Source: an uncultured Candidatus Saccharibacteria bacterium (GTDB taxonomy: Bacteria; Patescibacteriota; Minisyncoccia; 2-02-FULL-40-12; GWA2-44-9). Taken from it: a stretch of DNA of 58,406 nucleotides. A program made the position numbers and the translations under genes. The stretch's first letter is position 1. Every line of letters begins with the position of its first letter. The stretch lies in NCBI GenBank assembly GCA_964513645.1, contig CAZENF010000004.1, positions 1 through 58,406 of the forward strand. Reading direction: 5' to 3'. Below are positions 45,519 to 54,239 of this stretch, piece after piece. Below the pieces are notes generated by a model. That model was not told the origin of the DNA. It saw nothing but the letters and a program-made list of their open reading frames with translations, and searched no databases.

Positions 45519-47279
45519 TCAGCTCCTTAGCAGATCTTCAGCTATCTTATCCGAGATACTTTCAATATTCTCTGGCGTAAATTTAAGAAAGCGCCGGACC
45601 ATAGCCAAGGCTGTCTTGTTGGTATCACCTTCGGAAGACATGGAAATGACCCGACGGACAGTTTTCTCTATCTCAAAAAGTGAATCGTCAAAAATAAGCC
45701 GAGTCAGAAGTTCATTCAACTTGGTTCGGTTCTTCTTCAAAGCCGCCAGACAGCTCTCCATCGCGTAAATTTCCATCATACAGTCGCTCAAGCCGAGCAG
45801 GACCACTTGGTGTTTTTCGAGGCCGAAATTAAATTTCTCGTAGGCCAGGCCAGCCGACAACAGCACTACATTCTTGACGCTGTTCAGGCGGTTAAACAGC
45901 TTATCAATAAGCTCTTCGGGTTCAGCTTGAATCGAGACCGACATTGCCGCGTTGCTTATTTTCTTGATCTCGGAAAGGAGCGGAAGAGAACCTCCCATTG
46001 CCTTCTTTAAGAGCATCCCAACGACCAAAAGTCGGTTTATCTCGTTAGTACCCTCAAATATTCGATTTATCCTTGAGTCGCGGTAGTGTCTTTCCGGTGC
46101 ACCTTCACAAAAACCTGAACCGCCATGAACCTGGACATTCTCGTCGACAATATAGTCCAAAGATTCGCTACAAAAAACCTTGACCAATGAACATTCGATG
46201 GCAAATTCTTCGATCGCTTTCAGAACCGCCTTGGAATCATTGGTATCGACGGCATGAGCCGCATCCTGAAGGTAGCCAGCAGTCCGATAGACAACCGACT
46301 CCATCGCGTAGTTCTTAGCCGCCATTTTGGCAAGTTTGAGCCTGATGGCTCCGAAACTTGAAATAGAATGGCCGAACTGTTTCCTATATTGCGAATATTG
46401 GACCGACTCTTGAAGCGCAGCTCGGCCTCCGCCCAAACAGGCTGCACCAAGCTTGAACCGGCCAAGATTCAAAATATTGACCGCAATCTTGAAACCTTTA
46501 CCAAGCTCGCCTAAAACATTTTGTTCCGGAACTACGACGTTATCAAAAGATACTGGAGCAGTAGAAGATCCACGGATGCCCATTTTATGTTCTTCGGCAC
46601 CGACATTAACTGCCAGCCAATTTCTTTCGACCAAAAACGCGGTTAAACCATAGTCTTTAACTTGAGCAAAGACCGTAAACAAGTCGGCAAAGCCGCCATT
46701 AGTAACGAATATCTTGCTGCCGTTCAAGATATAAAAATCATCATGTTTTGTAGCAACGGTTTTGACCGAATTGGCATCCGAGCCGGCGCCGGTTTCAGTC
46801 AGACAGTAAGCGGCAACCCACTCCCCATTCGTAAGTTTGGGTAAATATCTTTTTTTCTGTTCTTCCGTGCCGAAAAATCTTAAAGGCAATGTTCCGATAC
46901 CGGTATGGGCTAAGAAAGTGCAAGCAAAGGAACCTTGCTTAGAAATTTCTTCAGCCACAATAGCTGCCGCTACCGGCCCAAGATTAGCACCACCATAATC
47001 TTCAGGTATCTCTACACCCAAAAAGCCTAATTCGGCAAGGTTTTTAAGCAGACTTCTCTGGAAGCACAGATCCTTTGATTCAATAAGCTTAACCGCCTCG
47101 TCAGTAGTGATAGTTTTAGCGACGACCTCTCGGATGGTATCCCTTATCATCCTTTGCTCTTCGGTCAGATCATTGACCGTGAAAATATCAGCCAATTGAA
47201 CTGCCGGAAGTATAAATTCTCCGCCCTTTGAAGCCATTTCTTTCACCTTGTTAAGGTCCGTGTATCCGATACTTAACAA
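45519..47279 (-). CDS. Long-form acyl-CoA dehydrogenase family protein
   Basis: 586 aa with ACAD-like blocks (...AAYCLTETGAGSDA..., ...QVHGGSGFCEGAPERHYRDSRINRIFEGTNEI...) and a ~150-aa C-terminal extension. The start may be the internal MASKGG. Confidence 0.8.
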   Translation of the reverse strand: MLSIGYTDLNKVKEMASKGGEFILPAVQLADIFTVNDLTEEQRMIRDTIREVVAKTITTDEAVKLIESKDLCFQRSLLKNLAELGFLGVEIPEDYGGANLGPVAAAIVAEEISKQGSFACTFLAHTGIGTLPLRFFGTEEQKKRYLPKLTNGEWVAAYCLTETGAGSDANSVKTVATKHDDFYILNGSKIFVTNGGFADLFTVFAQVKDYGLTAFLVERNWLAVNVGAEEHKMGIRGSSTAPVSFDNVVVPEQNVLGELGKGFKIAVNILNLGRFKLGAACLGGGRAALQESVQYSQYRKQFGHSISSFGAIRLKLAKMAAKNYAMESVVYRTAGYLQDAAHAVDTNDSKAVLKAIEEFAIECSLVKVFCSESLDYIVDENVQVHGGSGFCEGAPERHYRDSRINRIFEGTNEINRLLVVGMLLKKAMGGSLPLLSEIKKISNAAMSVSIQAEPEELIDKLFNRLNSVKNVVLLSAGLAYEKFNFGLEKHQVVLLGLSDCMMEIYAMESCLAALKKNRTKLNELLTRLIFDDSLFEIEKTVRRVISMSSEGDTNKTALAMVRRFLKFTPENIESISDKIAEDLLRS

Positions 47280-47301
47280 TATATAAATTCATACGTCAAG
47301 C

Positions 47302-47330
47302 TTGTCAAGATTTAATTCCTATGTTAAACT
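47302..47330 (+). promoter_or_regulatory. Promoter candidate TTGTCA-17-TAAACT
   Basis: 47302-47307 and 47325-47330, upstream of the UDG-like gene. Confidence 0.45.
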
Positions 47331-47354
47331 ACAGCATTGGTTTAATCTTGAAAT

Positions 47355-47903
47355 ATGGCCAACGAGCTTCAACAAGTTAATAAGGGGCTCAAGAAAAAAT
47401 TCTCAACTAAAAAGCTGATCTTCGGCCAGGGTTTTGACGGAGCAAAAGTTGTCTTTGTGACCGACCCGCCGACCAGTAAAGAAGAAGAAGCCAACAAACC
47501 GATCACCGGCAGCTCGGAAAAAATACTCAACAAACTTCTCAAAAATATCGGCATTAACAAAAGCCGGATATATATAACCAATGTCGTAAAATACACCGTT
47601 CCAGGCCGGGTCCACACCCTTAAAGAGATCAAATCTTCTGTCCCGTTCCTGAAAGAAGAGATAAAAAGCATCCAGCCCCAGATCGTTGTAACCCTCGGCA
47701 CAACGGCTCTAAATGGCATCGGATTGCGCCAGCCTCTGGTCAATATCCGCGGCCGAGTCTTCAACTTCGGAAGCTACGAACTCCTGCCTACCTACCACCC
47801 TGATAATGTATTAAAAGACCCAAGCTTGCAGATGTATCTCGAAGCTGATTTTCTCAAATTAAAACAGCTTCTAAAAACCAAAAGAGAAGAGGTCGCCAAC
47901 TAA
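47355..47903 (+). CDS. Uracil-DNA glycosylase superfamily protein, family 4-like with an atypical motif A
   Basis: VVFVTDPPTSKEEEANKPITGSSEKILNKLL aligns to the family-4 GEAPG..E..G.PFVG.AG block, and HPDNVL is at motif B. Confidence 0.65.
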   Translation: MANELQQVNKGLKKKFSTKKLIFGQGFDGAKVVFVTDPPTSKEEEANKPITGSSEKILNKLLKNIGINKSRIYITNVVKYTVPGRVHTLKEIKSSVPFLKEEIKSIQPQIVVTLGTTALNGIGLRQPLVNIRGRVFNFGSYELLPTYHPDNVLKDPSLQMYLEADFLKLKQLLKTKREEVAN

Positions 47904-47927
47904 AAATAATCCCGCCAGCCGGCGGGA

Positions 47928-48920
47928 TTATTTTTTTCTCTTAAATACTTTCCTGACCGCTTCTTTGATAGAGTTGACTCCCATCCCGAAATGTTCGAGA
48001 AGCTCATTCATTTCACCGGATTCACCAAAACGGTCGTGAACTCCGATGAATTCCTGGGGCACGGGATGATTGCGCGAGAGACATTCAGCCACGACCGAGC
48101 CCAATCCCCCGTTGACCTGATGTTCCTCGACAGAAACAACCGCATTGCATTTCTTAGCCGCTTCGGAGATAGTTTTTTCATCTAAGGGTTTAATGGTGTG
48201 AGAATTTACAACCATGCAGTCTATTTTTTCATCACGGTAAAGTTCCTCGGCTGCAACTAAAGCATTATATAAAAGTATTCCGCAGCCGATTATAGCGACA
48301 TCCGAACCGTCACGGAAAACTTCCGCCCGGCCGACCTCAAACGGCGTCTGAGGGGTGGTGAAGACCCAAGACTTTTCACGGCCGACGCGAAGATATGACG
48401 GCTTGCCGTTGAAGGCGATGGCAATCGTTGCTTTTTGAGCTTCAACCGCATCACACGGCACGATAACATTCATCCGAGGCTGAACTCTCATTAAGGCGAC
48501 ATCTTCGAGTTGCTGATGGGTCGCACCGTCAGGCCCGACAGAAATTCCGGCATGACAGCCAATAACTTTGACCGGAACATTGTTAAGAGAGATAGTGGTA
48601 CGTATCTGCTCATTGTTCCGTCCAGGACTAAACGCGGCATAGGAAGTGATAAAAGGAATTTTGCCGCAATTGGCCATACCTGAGGCGACGGTTGCTAAGT
48701 TCTGTTCTGCCACGCCCATCTGGATAAACCGAGCCGGGAATTTTTCCGCAAACCAATGAGTTCTTGTTGATTCGGTCAGGTCGGCGCACAAAGCCACGAC
48801 CCGTTCGTCCTTCTCTCCCGCTTCAACCAAACCCTTCCCGTAACCATCACGGGTCGGAACCATTTGGATATTCTTTTTATCTATCAGATTGTCGACTAAA
48901 TTAGCGTCTTTATTGAGCAT
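47928..48920 (-). CDS. Transketolase, C-terminal (pyrimidine-binding) subunit
   Basis: 330 aa; ...FIQMGVAEQN... is typical of the split-transketolase B subunit. Confidence 0.88.
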   Translation of the reverse strand: MLNKDANLVDNLIDKKNIQMVPTRDGYGKGLVEAGEKDERVVALCADLTESTRTHWFAEKFPARFIQMGVAEQNLATVASGMANCGKIPFITSYAAFSPGRNNEQIRTTISLNNVPVKVIGCHAGISVGPDGATHQQLEDVALMRVQPRMNVIVPCDAVEAQKATIAIAFNGKPSYLRVGREKSWVFTTPQTPFEVGRAEVFRDGSDVAIIGCGILLYNALVAAEELYRDEKIDCMVVNSHTIKPLDEKTISEAAKKCNAVVSVEEHQVNGGLGSVVAECLSRNHPVPQEFIGVHDRFGESGEMNELLEHFGMGVNSIKEAVRKVFKRKK

Positions 48921-48992
48921 TATTTTTTACTAATTTTTGGCCACCAGTTTCCTGATAGCCAATTTTAATAAATAATTAAGCGCGCATAGTTA

Positions 48993-49253
48993 TTATTTGC
49001 ACATCCCACAGCCGCCGCACTTGCAATCATCACCGTGACCGCAGCCGCACATCTCACAACAACCGCAGAATTTAGTCATATACATCAAAACTCCGAGGAT
49101 AACTACATCTTTAAAGAAGTGTTCGCTATCCATCCATAAAAATGTCTGCTTAAAAGCCGATGCCCACCAGAATCCTACAGCTGAAACCCAGAGTAAAACA
49201 AGCATGACCTTAATGGCTGTGTGGTGAGGACATTTACATTTTCCCTCCATCAT
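48993..49253 (-). CDS. Small 2-TM protein with Cys-rich termini
   Basis: N-terminus MMEGKCKCPHH, two hydrophobic helices, and a C-terminal CGCCEMCGCGHGDDCKCGGCGMCK. Confidence 0.6.
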   Translation of the reverse strand: MMEGKCKCPHHTAIKVMLVLLWVSAVGFWWASAFKQTFLWMDSEHFFKDVVILGVLMYMTKFCGCCEMCGCGHGDDCKCGGCGMCK

Positions 49254-49306
49254 ATCTTCATACCCCCTTTCTTTTAAATTTTTAAAAAATAAACCTATCT
49301 CTTCAT

Positions 49307-49849
49307 CTATTTTTCGTTAAATCTGCCTAATCTCTGAAGGATACCGTGGTGGCCCGCTTCTTCCAGGGTCTTTATCAGATACTTTCTGTCAAAAAATCTT
49401 AAGATATCGAACCGGCTGACCACCCCGATGAGTTTTTTGTTCTCATCTATTACCAATATCGGATTGACGCGGTGGTGCTGGATGAATTCCTTGGCCAGGT
49501 CATCAAGCCTGACCTCCGGTCCGACCACAAGCGGGTCTTCATTCATAATGTCCCTGACCCTTATCATCTCCACTCTTTCGAATTGTTCTTTTAAAATATT
49601 CTCGTCGGCTTTTTTGCTGTAAATATCCTCGAGAATATTTAAGAGCGCCGGCAAATGCGTAGCATAACTCTGGCTGACCATATCGTAAGCCGTAACCAGT
49701 CCCAAAAGCATCCCGTCGTCATTCACTACCGGAAAACCATCAAAATTATGCTGTTCAAAAAGATCAGTTACTTTGTCCAAAACATCGTCCGGATGAAGGA
49801 CAGAGACCTTTTTGGTCATTATGTCTTTTACTTTTACAAGTTCGCTCAT
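49307..49849 (-). CDS. CBS domain pair protein
   Basis: 180 aa with two CBS-like repeats (IMTKKVSVLHPDD..., IMNEDPLVVGPEV...). Confidence 0.8.
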   Translation of the reverse strand: MSELVKVKDIMTKKVSVLHPDDVLDKVTDLFEQHNFDGFPVVNDDGMLLGLVTAYDMVSQSYATHLPALLNILEDIYSKKADENILKEQFERVEMIRVRDIMNEDPLVVGPEVRLDDLAKEFIQHHRVNPILVIDENKKLIGVVSRFDILRFFDRKYLIKTLEEAGHHGILQRLGRFNEK

Positions 49850-49878
49850 GTTCTATTTATTATACCACATCTATCCCA

Positions 49879-50772
49879 CTATTCGTGTTCAGACCTTATC
49901 TTCCCGCCTAAAGTCCTAAGTCGGGCAAGCATTTCCTTGCCTTGAGTGGCTTTGTCTTTAAAAACATCGGTCGGGCCGGAACCGGGCGGATTGCCATGCC
50001 AACGGTAATCGAACTCTATTTCAGGTATCCCCTTTCCTGGAATTGTGTGAGCAAGGATAAGCGTCGGTTTTTCATATATTGTCCGCGCTTCTTCGGTCGC
50101 ATCCACGAATTGTTCCAGATTGTGGCCGTCTATTTCCAAAACATGCCAGTTAAAGGCCTCGTATTTTGCTTTAAGAGATTCGAGGGGCATAATGTTTTCG
50201 GTCATGCCGTCTATCTGGATATTGTTCCGGTCGAGAATTCCGACAAGATTGTTGAGTTTGTATTTTCCGGCAAAAAGAACCGACTCCCAGATATTTCCGG
50301 CATCATGTTCGCCATCCGACATTATGCAGTAGACTCGGTTTTTCTTTCCGTCCATCATATGCGCATAGGCGATGCCGCAGGCCTGGCCCAGACCCGAACC
50401 CAAAGGCCCGGAGGTTGTTTCAACTCCCGGCAGACGTTCACGTTCAGGATGCCCCTGAAGACGTGAACCAAATTTTCTCAAAGTTTTAAGTTCTTCTATC
50501 GGAAAATAGCCGGCTTGAGCCATCGACACATATCTTATCGGCGTAATATGGCCATTGGAAAGTATCAGCCAGTCGCGCTCCGGCCATGAAGTGTTCTTAG
50601 GGTCGTGTTTTAAAACATGGAAATAAAGCGCCGTAAAAATATCAGCCATCCCTAACGGCCCGGCCGTGTGGCCTGAACCGGCAGCCATTAATTCCTCTAT
50701 CAAAAGTTGTCTGGCCTCATTGGCCTTTATTTCGAGTTCTTTAATTTTATCATCATGTATATACTGTGACAT
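49879..50772 (-). CDS. Transketolase, N-terminal (TPP-binding) subunit
   Basis: GSGHTAGPLGMADI..., ...SDGEHDAGNIWE.... Confidence 0.9.
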   Translation of the reverse strand: MSQYIHDDKIKELEIKANEARQLLIEELMAAGSGHTAGPLGMADIFTALYFHVLKHDPKNTSWPERDWLILSNGHITPIRYVSMAQAGYFPIEELKTLRKFGSRLQGHPERERLPGVETTSGPLGSGLGQACGIAYAHMMDGKKNRVYCIMSDGEHDAGNIWESVLFAGKYKLNNLVGILDRNNIQIDGMTENIMPLESLKAKYEAFNWHVLEIDGHNLEQFVDATEEARTIYEKPTLILAHTIPGKGIPEIEFDYRWHGNPPGSGPTDVFKDKATQGKEMLARLRTLGGKIRSEHE

Positions 50773-50795
50773 TGTTTTAATTTTGTCATCGCCTG

Positions 50796-50854
50796 CCCCG
50801 TACCAAGCCCGCCCCTTTTCTTAATGGCGGCCAGCGGAAAAGCTTGGTGTGGGG
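50796..50854. repeat. Diverged TIR-family-like hairpin (59 nt)
   Basis: Arms CCCCGTACCAAGC and GCTTGGTGTGGGG form 13 bp, including two G.T pairs. The interior contains CCGCC..GGCGG. Confidence 0.5.
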
Positions 50855-50867
50855 TGGATGTGTTGGC

Positions 50868-51098
50868 TCATAAAAATACCAGTGCCGCAAGCGATATCAC
50901 TCCGGCCACAAATCCCAATCCTGCCGCCATCATGTAGCCACGGAAATGCTTCATCTCGTCAGTTTCAGCAACAACATTTCTCTGTATCTTGGTCGTCAGG
51001 ATTCCAGCAATCAGGAATATCTGCATAAAGAATAACGAGAAGGAAGCTACTATCGTAAAGGTTATTATCGGCTGAAAAATTATCCTTATAAATCCCAC
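50868..51098 (-). CDS. Small membrane protein (76 aa)
   Basis: Two hydrophobic helices. It sits between gap and the transketolase N subunit. Confidence 0.5.
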   Translation of the reverse strand: MGFIRIIFQPIITFTIVASFSLFFMQIFLIAGILTTKIQRNVVAETDEMKHFRGYMMAAGLGFVAGVISLAALVFL

Positions 51099-51106
51099 TT
51101 TTTAAA

Positions 51107-52141
51107 TTATAAAAGTTTCGAAACCTTGATCACATGTTCAACCAGAGTATTCGTATAACCAAACTCATTGTCATACCAGGAAAAAACTGCGCACATATCG
51201 CCGTCAACGACCCGGGTCAAACTGAGGTCTATCACGGCCGCATGTGGATCACCGACAATATCGGATGAAACAATCTGGTCTGAAGTGGTCTTGAGTATCC
51301 CCTTCCAACGCTCTTCAGTTTCTGATTCTTTAAAAATATTATTTATTTCTTCAACGCTTAAAGATTTTTCTAAAAGCATGACCAGACATGACAAGGAACC
51401 GGTTATGACCGGAACGCGCATTGAAGCCCCATCGAATTTGCCGGCCAAAGGTTTGACCGCTCTCGTTGTCGCAATAGCTGCACCCGTCCAGGATGGAGAA
51501 ATATTCGCAGCTGCCGAACGGCCCCGACGCATGTCCTTACCCTTAACCGGCCCGTCGATAAGATTCTGGGTGGCAGTATAGCCATGAGTGGTCGAAAGGA
51601 ATGCCTTTTTAACCCCGACTTTTTCTGAAAGTATTTGCATGACCGGTGAAACAGAATTAGTGGTGCAGGAACCGTTGGAGGATATAGAACAAGTTTTGAG
51701 ATCATCTTCGTTCACGCCCATTAAGACAGTCTTAGCATCCGGACCGTCCTCGTCTTTGGCCGGAGCGGTAATGACTACACGCTTCGCACCGGCGGTTTTA
51801 TGAACCTGGGCTTTTTCATAACTGTCAAAAATTCCCGTCGCTTCAACGACTATTTCAACGCCTAAAGCTCCCCAGGGCAACATTGTCGGTTCTTTTTCTT
51901 GAATAAATAAAATATCATGGCCGTCAACGATAAGGTGCTTTTTACCTTCGATGTCTTTGGTCTCTATCGTTTTGTCGTAACGGCCGTAAGCTGAATCGTA
52001 TTTAAGCAAATAAGCCAAGTTCTCTATGTCCCCCAGATCATTTATGGCAACTACTTCGAGTTCTTTTTTTGTCAGAGCTAATTTAAGGAAAGCTCGTCCT
52101 ATCCGGCCAAAGCCATTAATGGCGACTTTTGTTTTTTTCAT
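51107..52141 (-). CDS. gap: Glyceraldehyde-3-phosphate dehydrogenase
   Basis: INGFGRIGR and SCTTN motifs. Start placed at MKKTKV (ATG 52141), 10 nt after SD GGAGGG (rc 52152-52157). Confidence 0.93.
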   Translation of the reverse strand: MKKTKVAINGFGRIGRAFLKLALTKKELEVVAINDLGDIENLAYLLKYDSAYGRYDKTIETKDIEGKKHLIVDGHDILFIQEKEPTMLPWGALGVEIVVEATGIFDSYEKAQVHKTAGAKRVVITAPAKDEDGPDAKTVLMGVNEDDLKTCSISSNGSCTTNSVSPVMQILSEKVGVKKAFLSTTHGYTATQNLIDGPVKGKDMRRGRSAAANISPSWTGAAIATTRAVKPLAGKFDGASMRVPVITGSLSCLVMLLEKSLSVEEINNIFKESETEERWKGILKTTSDQIVSSDIVGDPHAAVIDLSLTRVVDGDMCAVFSWYDNEFGYTNTLVEHVIKVSKLL

Positions 52142-52235
52142 ACCTTGTTCGCCCTCCACTTCCGCCAGCTGGCGGATTGAGTGGTACGGGCCTTTCAGGT
52201 TTGGCCAATATTTTCGTTAAAAATTCCGTTCCTCC

Positions 52236-52261
52236 CTCATCATAGTTATACTATGACTCAG
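52236..52261. promoter_or_regulatory. Second copy of the TCATAGT-N3-ACTATGA motif, in the gap upstream region
   Basis: CTCATCATAGTTATACTATGACTCAG is nearly identical to the rc of 27909-27935. Confidence 0.55.
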
Positions 52262-52385
52262 TCCGGTACTCATTTTTGCCTCAATCTTGGCTCAAACGAC
52301 CTAAGTTCTGACTATACTTATGTATTTTATCAAAAACAAAAGCCCTGAAGCAAAGAGCTTATAAACACTTGCGGAAAGGATATTT

Positions 52386-52802
52386 CTATTTTTCCAACAA
52401 ATCCAGAAGATATGTCAGTTCGAGATTAGACATTGAATCAATTTTAGAATACAGCTCTTTTATATATTCGTCGTCTTGGGGGTATTTTTTCATCTCTTCT
52501 CTGATCTTTGCCAAATAGCTATCCTGCCCGATGACAAACCCTTCTCTTCTTAAAGAAGCGGCAAATACGGACAAAAACCCAGGATCATCATTTTTGATGA
52601 CTTTGTCCTGCCAAGTTCTGACCTCATCCTTACCTTCTCCCGTGATCTGCTGTTCCTTGAATTTAACCCCATTTTTAAGAGCTCCTTCGTATAATTCCTT
52701 GAGGTTTGACCTTAACCCAATTTCGGTAAAATTAAGGAAATTTTTTTCAGTATCAACGACTGCCAGCAATTCTCTTTTTTTATTTTTAATTTCAACCTTC
52801 AT
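52386..52802 (-). CDS. Hypothetical 138-aa protein
   Basis: ORF begins 1 nt after the upstream metallopeptidase-like gene. I recognise no family. Confidence 0.5.
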   Translation of the reverse strand: MKVEIKNKKRELLAVVDTEKNFLNFTEIGLRSNLKELYEGALKNGVKFKEQQITGEGKDEVRTWQDKVIKNDDPGFLSVFAASLRREGFVIGQDSYLAKIREEMKKYPQDDEYIKELYSKIDSMSNLELTYLLDLLEK

Positions 52803-52803
52803 A

Positions 52804-53604
52804 TCATTTATTTAAATTATCTGTCCAAATATCACCCACTATGCTTAGTCGTTTATTCAAATTATCCATCAAATCATAATTCGGATCATTCTTGTGAACT
52901 ACCCCGTCAACGAGCTGAAAGTCTTTAATATTTAGGGTTGTTGGATCGGTAAAATAGGCCGAGCAAACTTCGGCCCAATATTCGTGATCAATCGTAACTC
53001 CATTGACATGCTTCGCTATCAAGGATTCGATATAAGGCGATAAATACCTGTCAGATGAACGAACCCTTTCTCTCAAATCCATAAAGAGCTTATCTTTATC
53101 CGACTGTTTTAGCTCGTTATCGGTTGAAAAATCATTCCCATGACCGATCTCGTGGGCTAAAATGCCTAAAACTTCTTCCCGTCCGATATTTTTTAAGTTT
53201 TCCGCATTGAATTCTATTTTCCCTGAAAACGGACGATATTCCGCATCTGCCTGTTCGTCCAAACTTGGCACCACCTCTATGGCGCTGACCTGGCCGGTAG
53301 CCCAATTAGCAGGTAGACTTTCAAGATATTTCCTTATAACGTCAGCTTTCAAAGTCCCGTCCTTGCATTCCATATCTTCCACTTTTTCTAATTTGAATTT
53401 TTCTTTTTCAATATACCCGGCGGCTTTTGCGCCCTCGAGAGCTCCGAAACCAGCCGATAATATCATTCCTGTCAGGACAAATTCTTTCATTAATTCTTTT
53501 ATCTTTTTCAATTTATCCTGTTTTTCTGTTTCAGGATTAAAATGAACCTTTTCATTTTCAGGTTCTTGGACAGGTAATTTTTCTTCTGATATTTCGAATC
53601 CCAT
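52804..53604 (-). CDS. Membrane-anchored HExxH zincin-like metallopeptidase
   Basis: HEIGHGNDF plus a downstream EYWAE, with one TM segment. The arrangement recalls M34/ATLF-like zincins; that comparison is from memory. Confidence 0.45.
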   Translation of the reverse strand: MGFEISEEKLPVQEPENEKVHFNPETEKQDKLKKIKELMKEFVLTGMILSAGFGALEGAKAAGYIEKEKFKLEKVEDMECKDGTLKADVIRKYLESLPANWATGQVSAIEVVPSLDEQADAEYRPFSGKIEFNAENLKNIGREEVLGILAHEIGHGNDFSTDNELKQSDKDKLFMDLRERVRSSDRYLSPYIESLIAKHVNGVTIDHEYWAEVCSAYFTDPTTLNIKDFQLVDGVVHKNDPNYDLMDNLNKRLSIVGDIWTDNLNK

Positions 53605-53606
53605 AG

Positions 53607-54239
53607 TTAATATTTTAATCTAAATGATTTCCTATGTATATCACATGGTCCCAGAGCAGTAAGACGAACTTGATGGAATTTGGTCCCATAACCTTTATGT
53701 TTTTCAAATCCATAGCCGGGATATTTACAAGCATACCGAGCCATAATTCTATCCCGGTAAACTTTGGCGATTATCGAAGCGCAGGCAATCGCAAAGACCT
53801 TCCTGTCCCCTTTTACAATTGCCTGTTGTTCTAATTTAAGGCCATTAATTTTGGTCTTGCCGTCAACCAACACAATGCTTTTTAAATTTAAATTCGGTTT
53901 TAATTTCTCTACAGATCTCTTCATTGCCATCCGAGCGGCATTGTAGATATTGAGCTTATCGATAGTTTTGGGCTGCGCCAAGGCCAGAGCATAAACAAGG
54001 TCTTTCTCTTTCAGAAGTTCGGCTGAAAATATTTCTCTTTGCTTGGCTTGTAAAAGTTTTGAATCTCTGACCTTTCTAAGCTTCTGGTGAACTTTTTTAT
54101 AGAATTGATTCGTCATCGCTACTGCGCAAACCACTACCGGTCCAGCCAGACAGCCCATCCCGACCTCATCTACAGCATAAATCAACCGGTAATCATCGGC
54201 GAATAATTTTTTTTCTAAAGTTTTGTTAGGTAATTTCAT
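53607..54239 (-). CDS. rnhB: Ribonuclease HII
   Basis: VDEVGMGCLAGPVVV and ...DSKLL... motifs. Confidence 0.9.
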   Translation of the reverse strand: MKLPNKTLEKKLFADDYRLIYAVDEVGMGCLAGPVVVCAVAMTNQFYKKVHQKLRKVRDSKLLQAKQREIFSAELLKEKDLVYALALAQPKTIDKLNIYNAARMAMKRSVEKLKPNLNLKSIVLVDGKTKINGLKLEQQAIVKGDRKVFAIACASIIAKVYRDRIMARYACKYPGYGFEKHKGYGTKFHQVRLTALGPCDIHRKSFRLKY

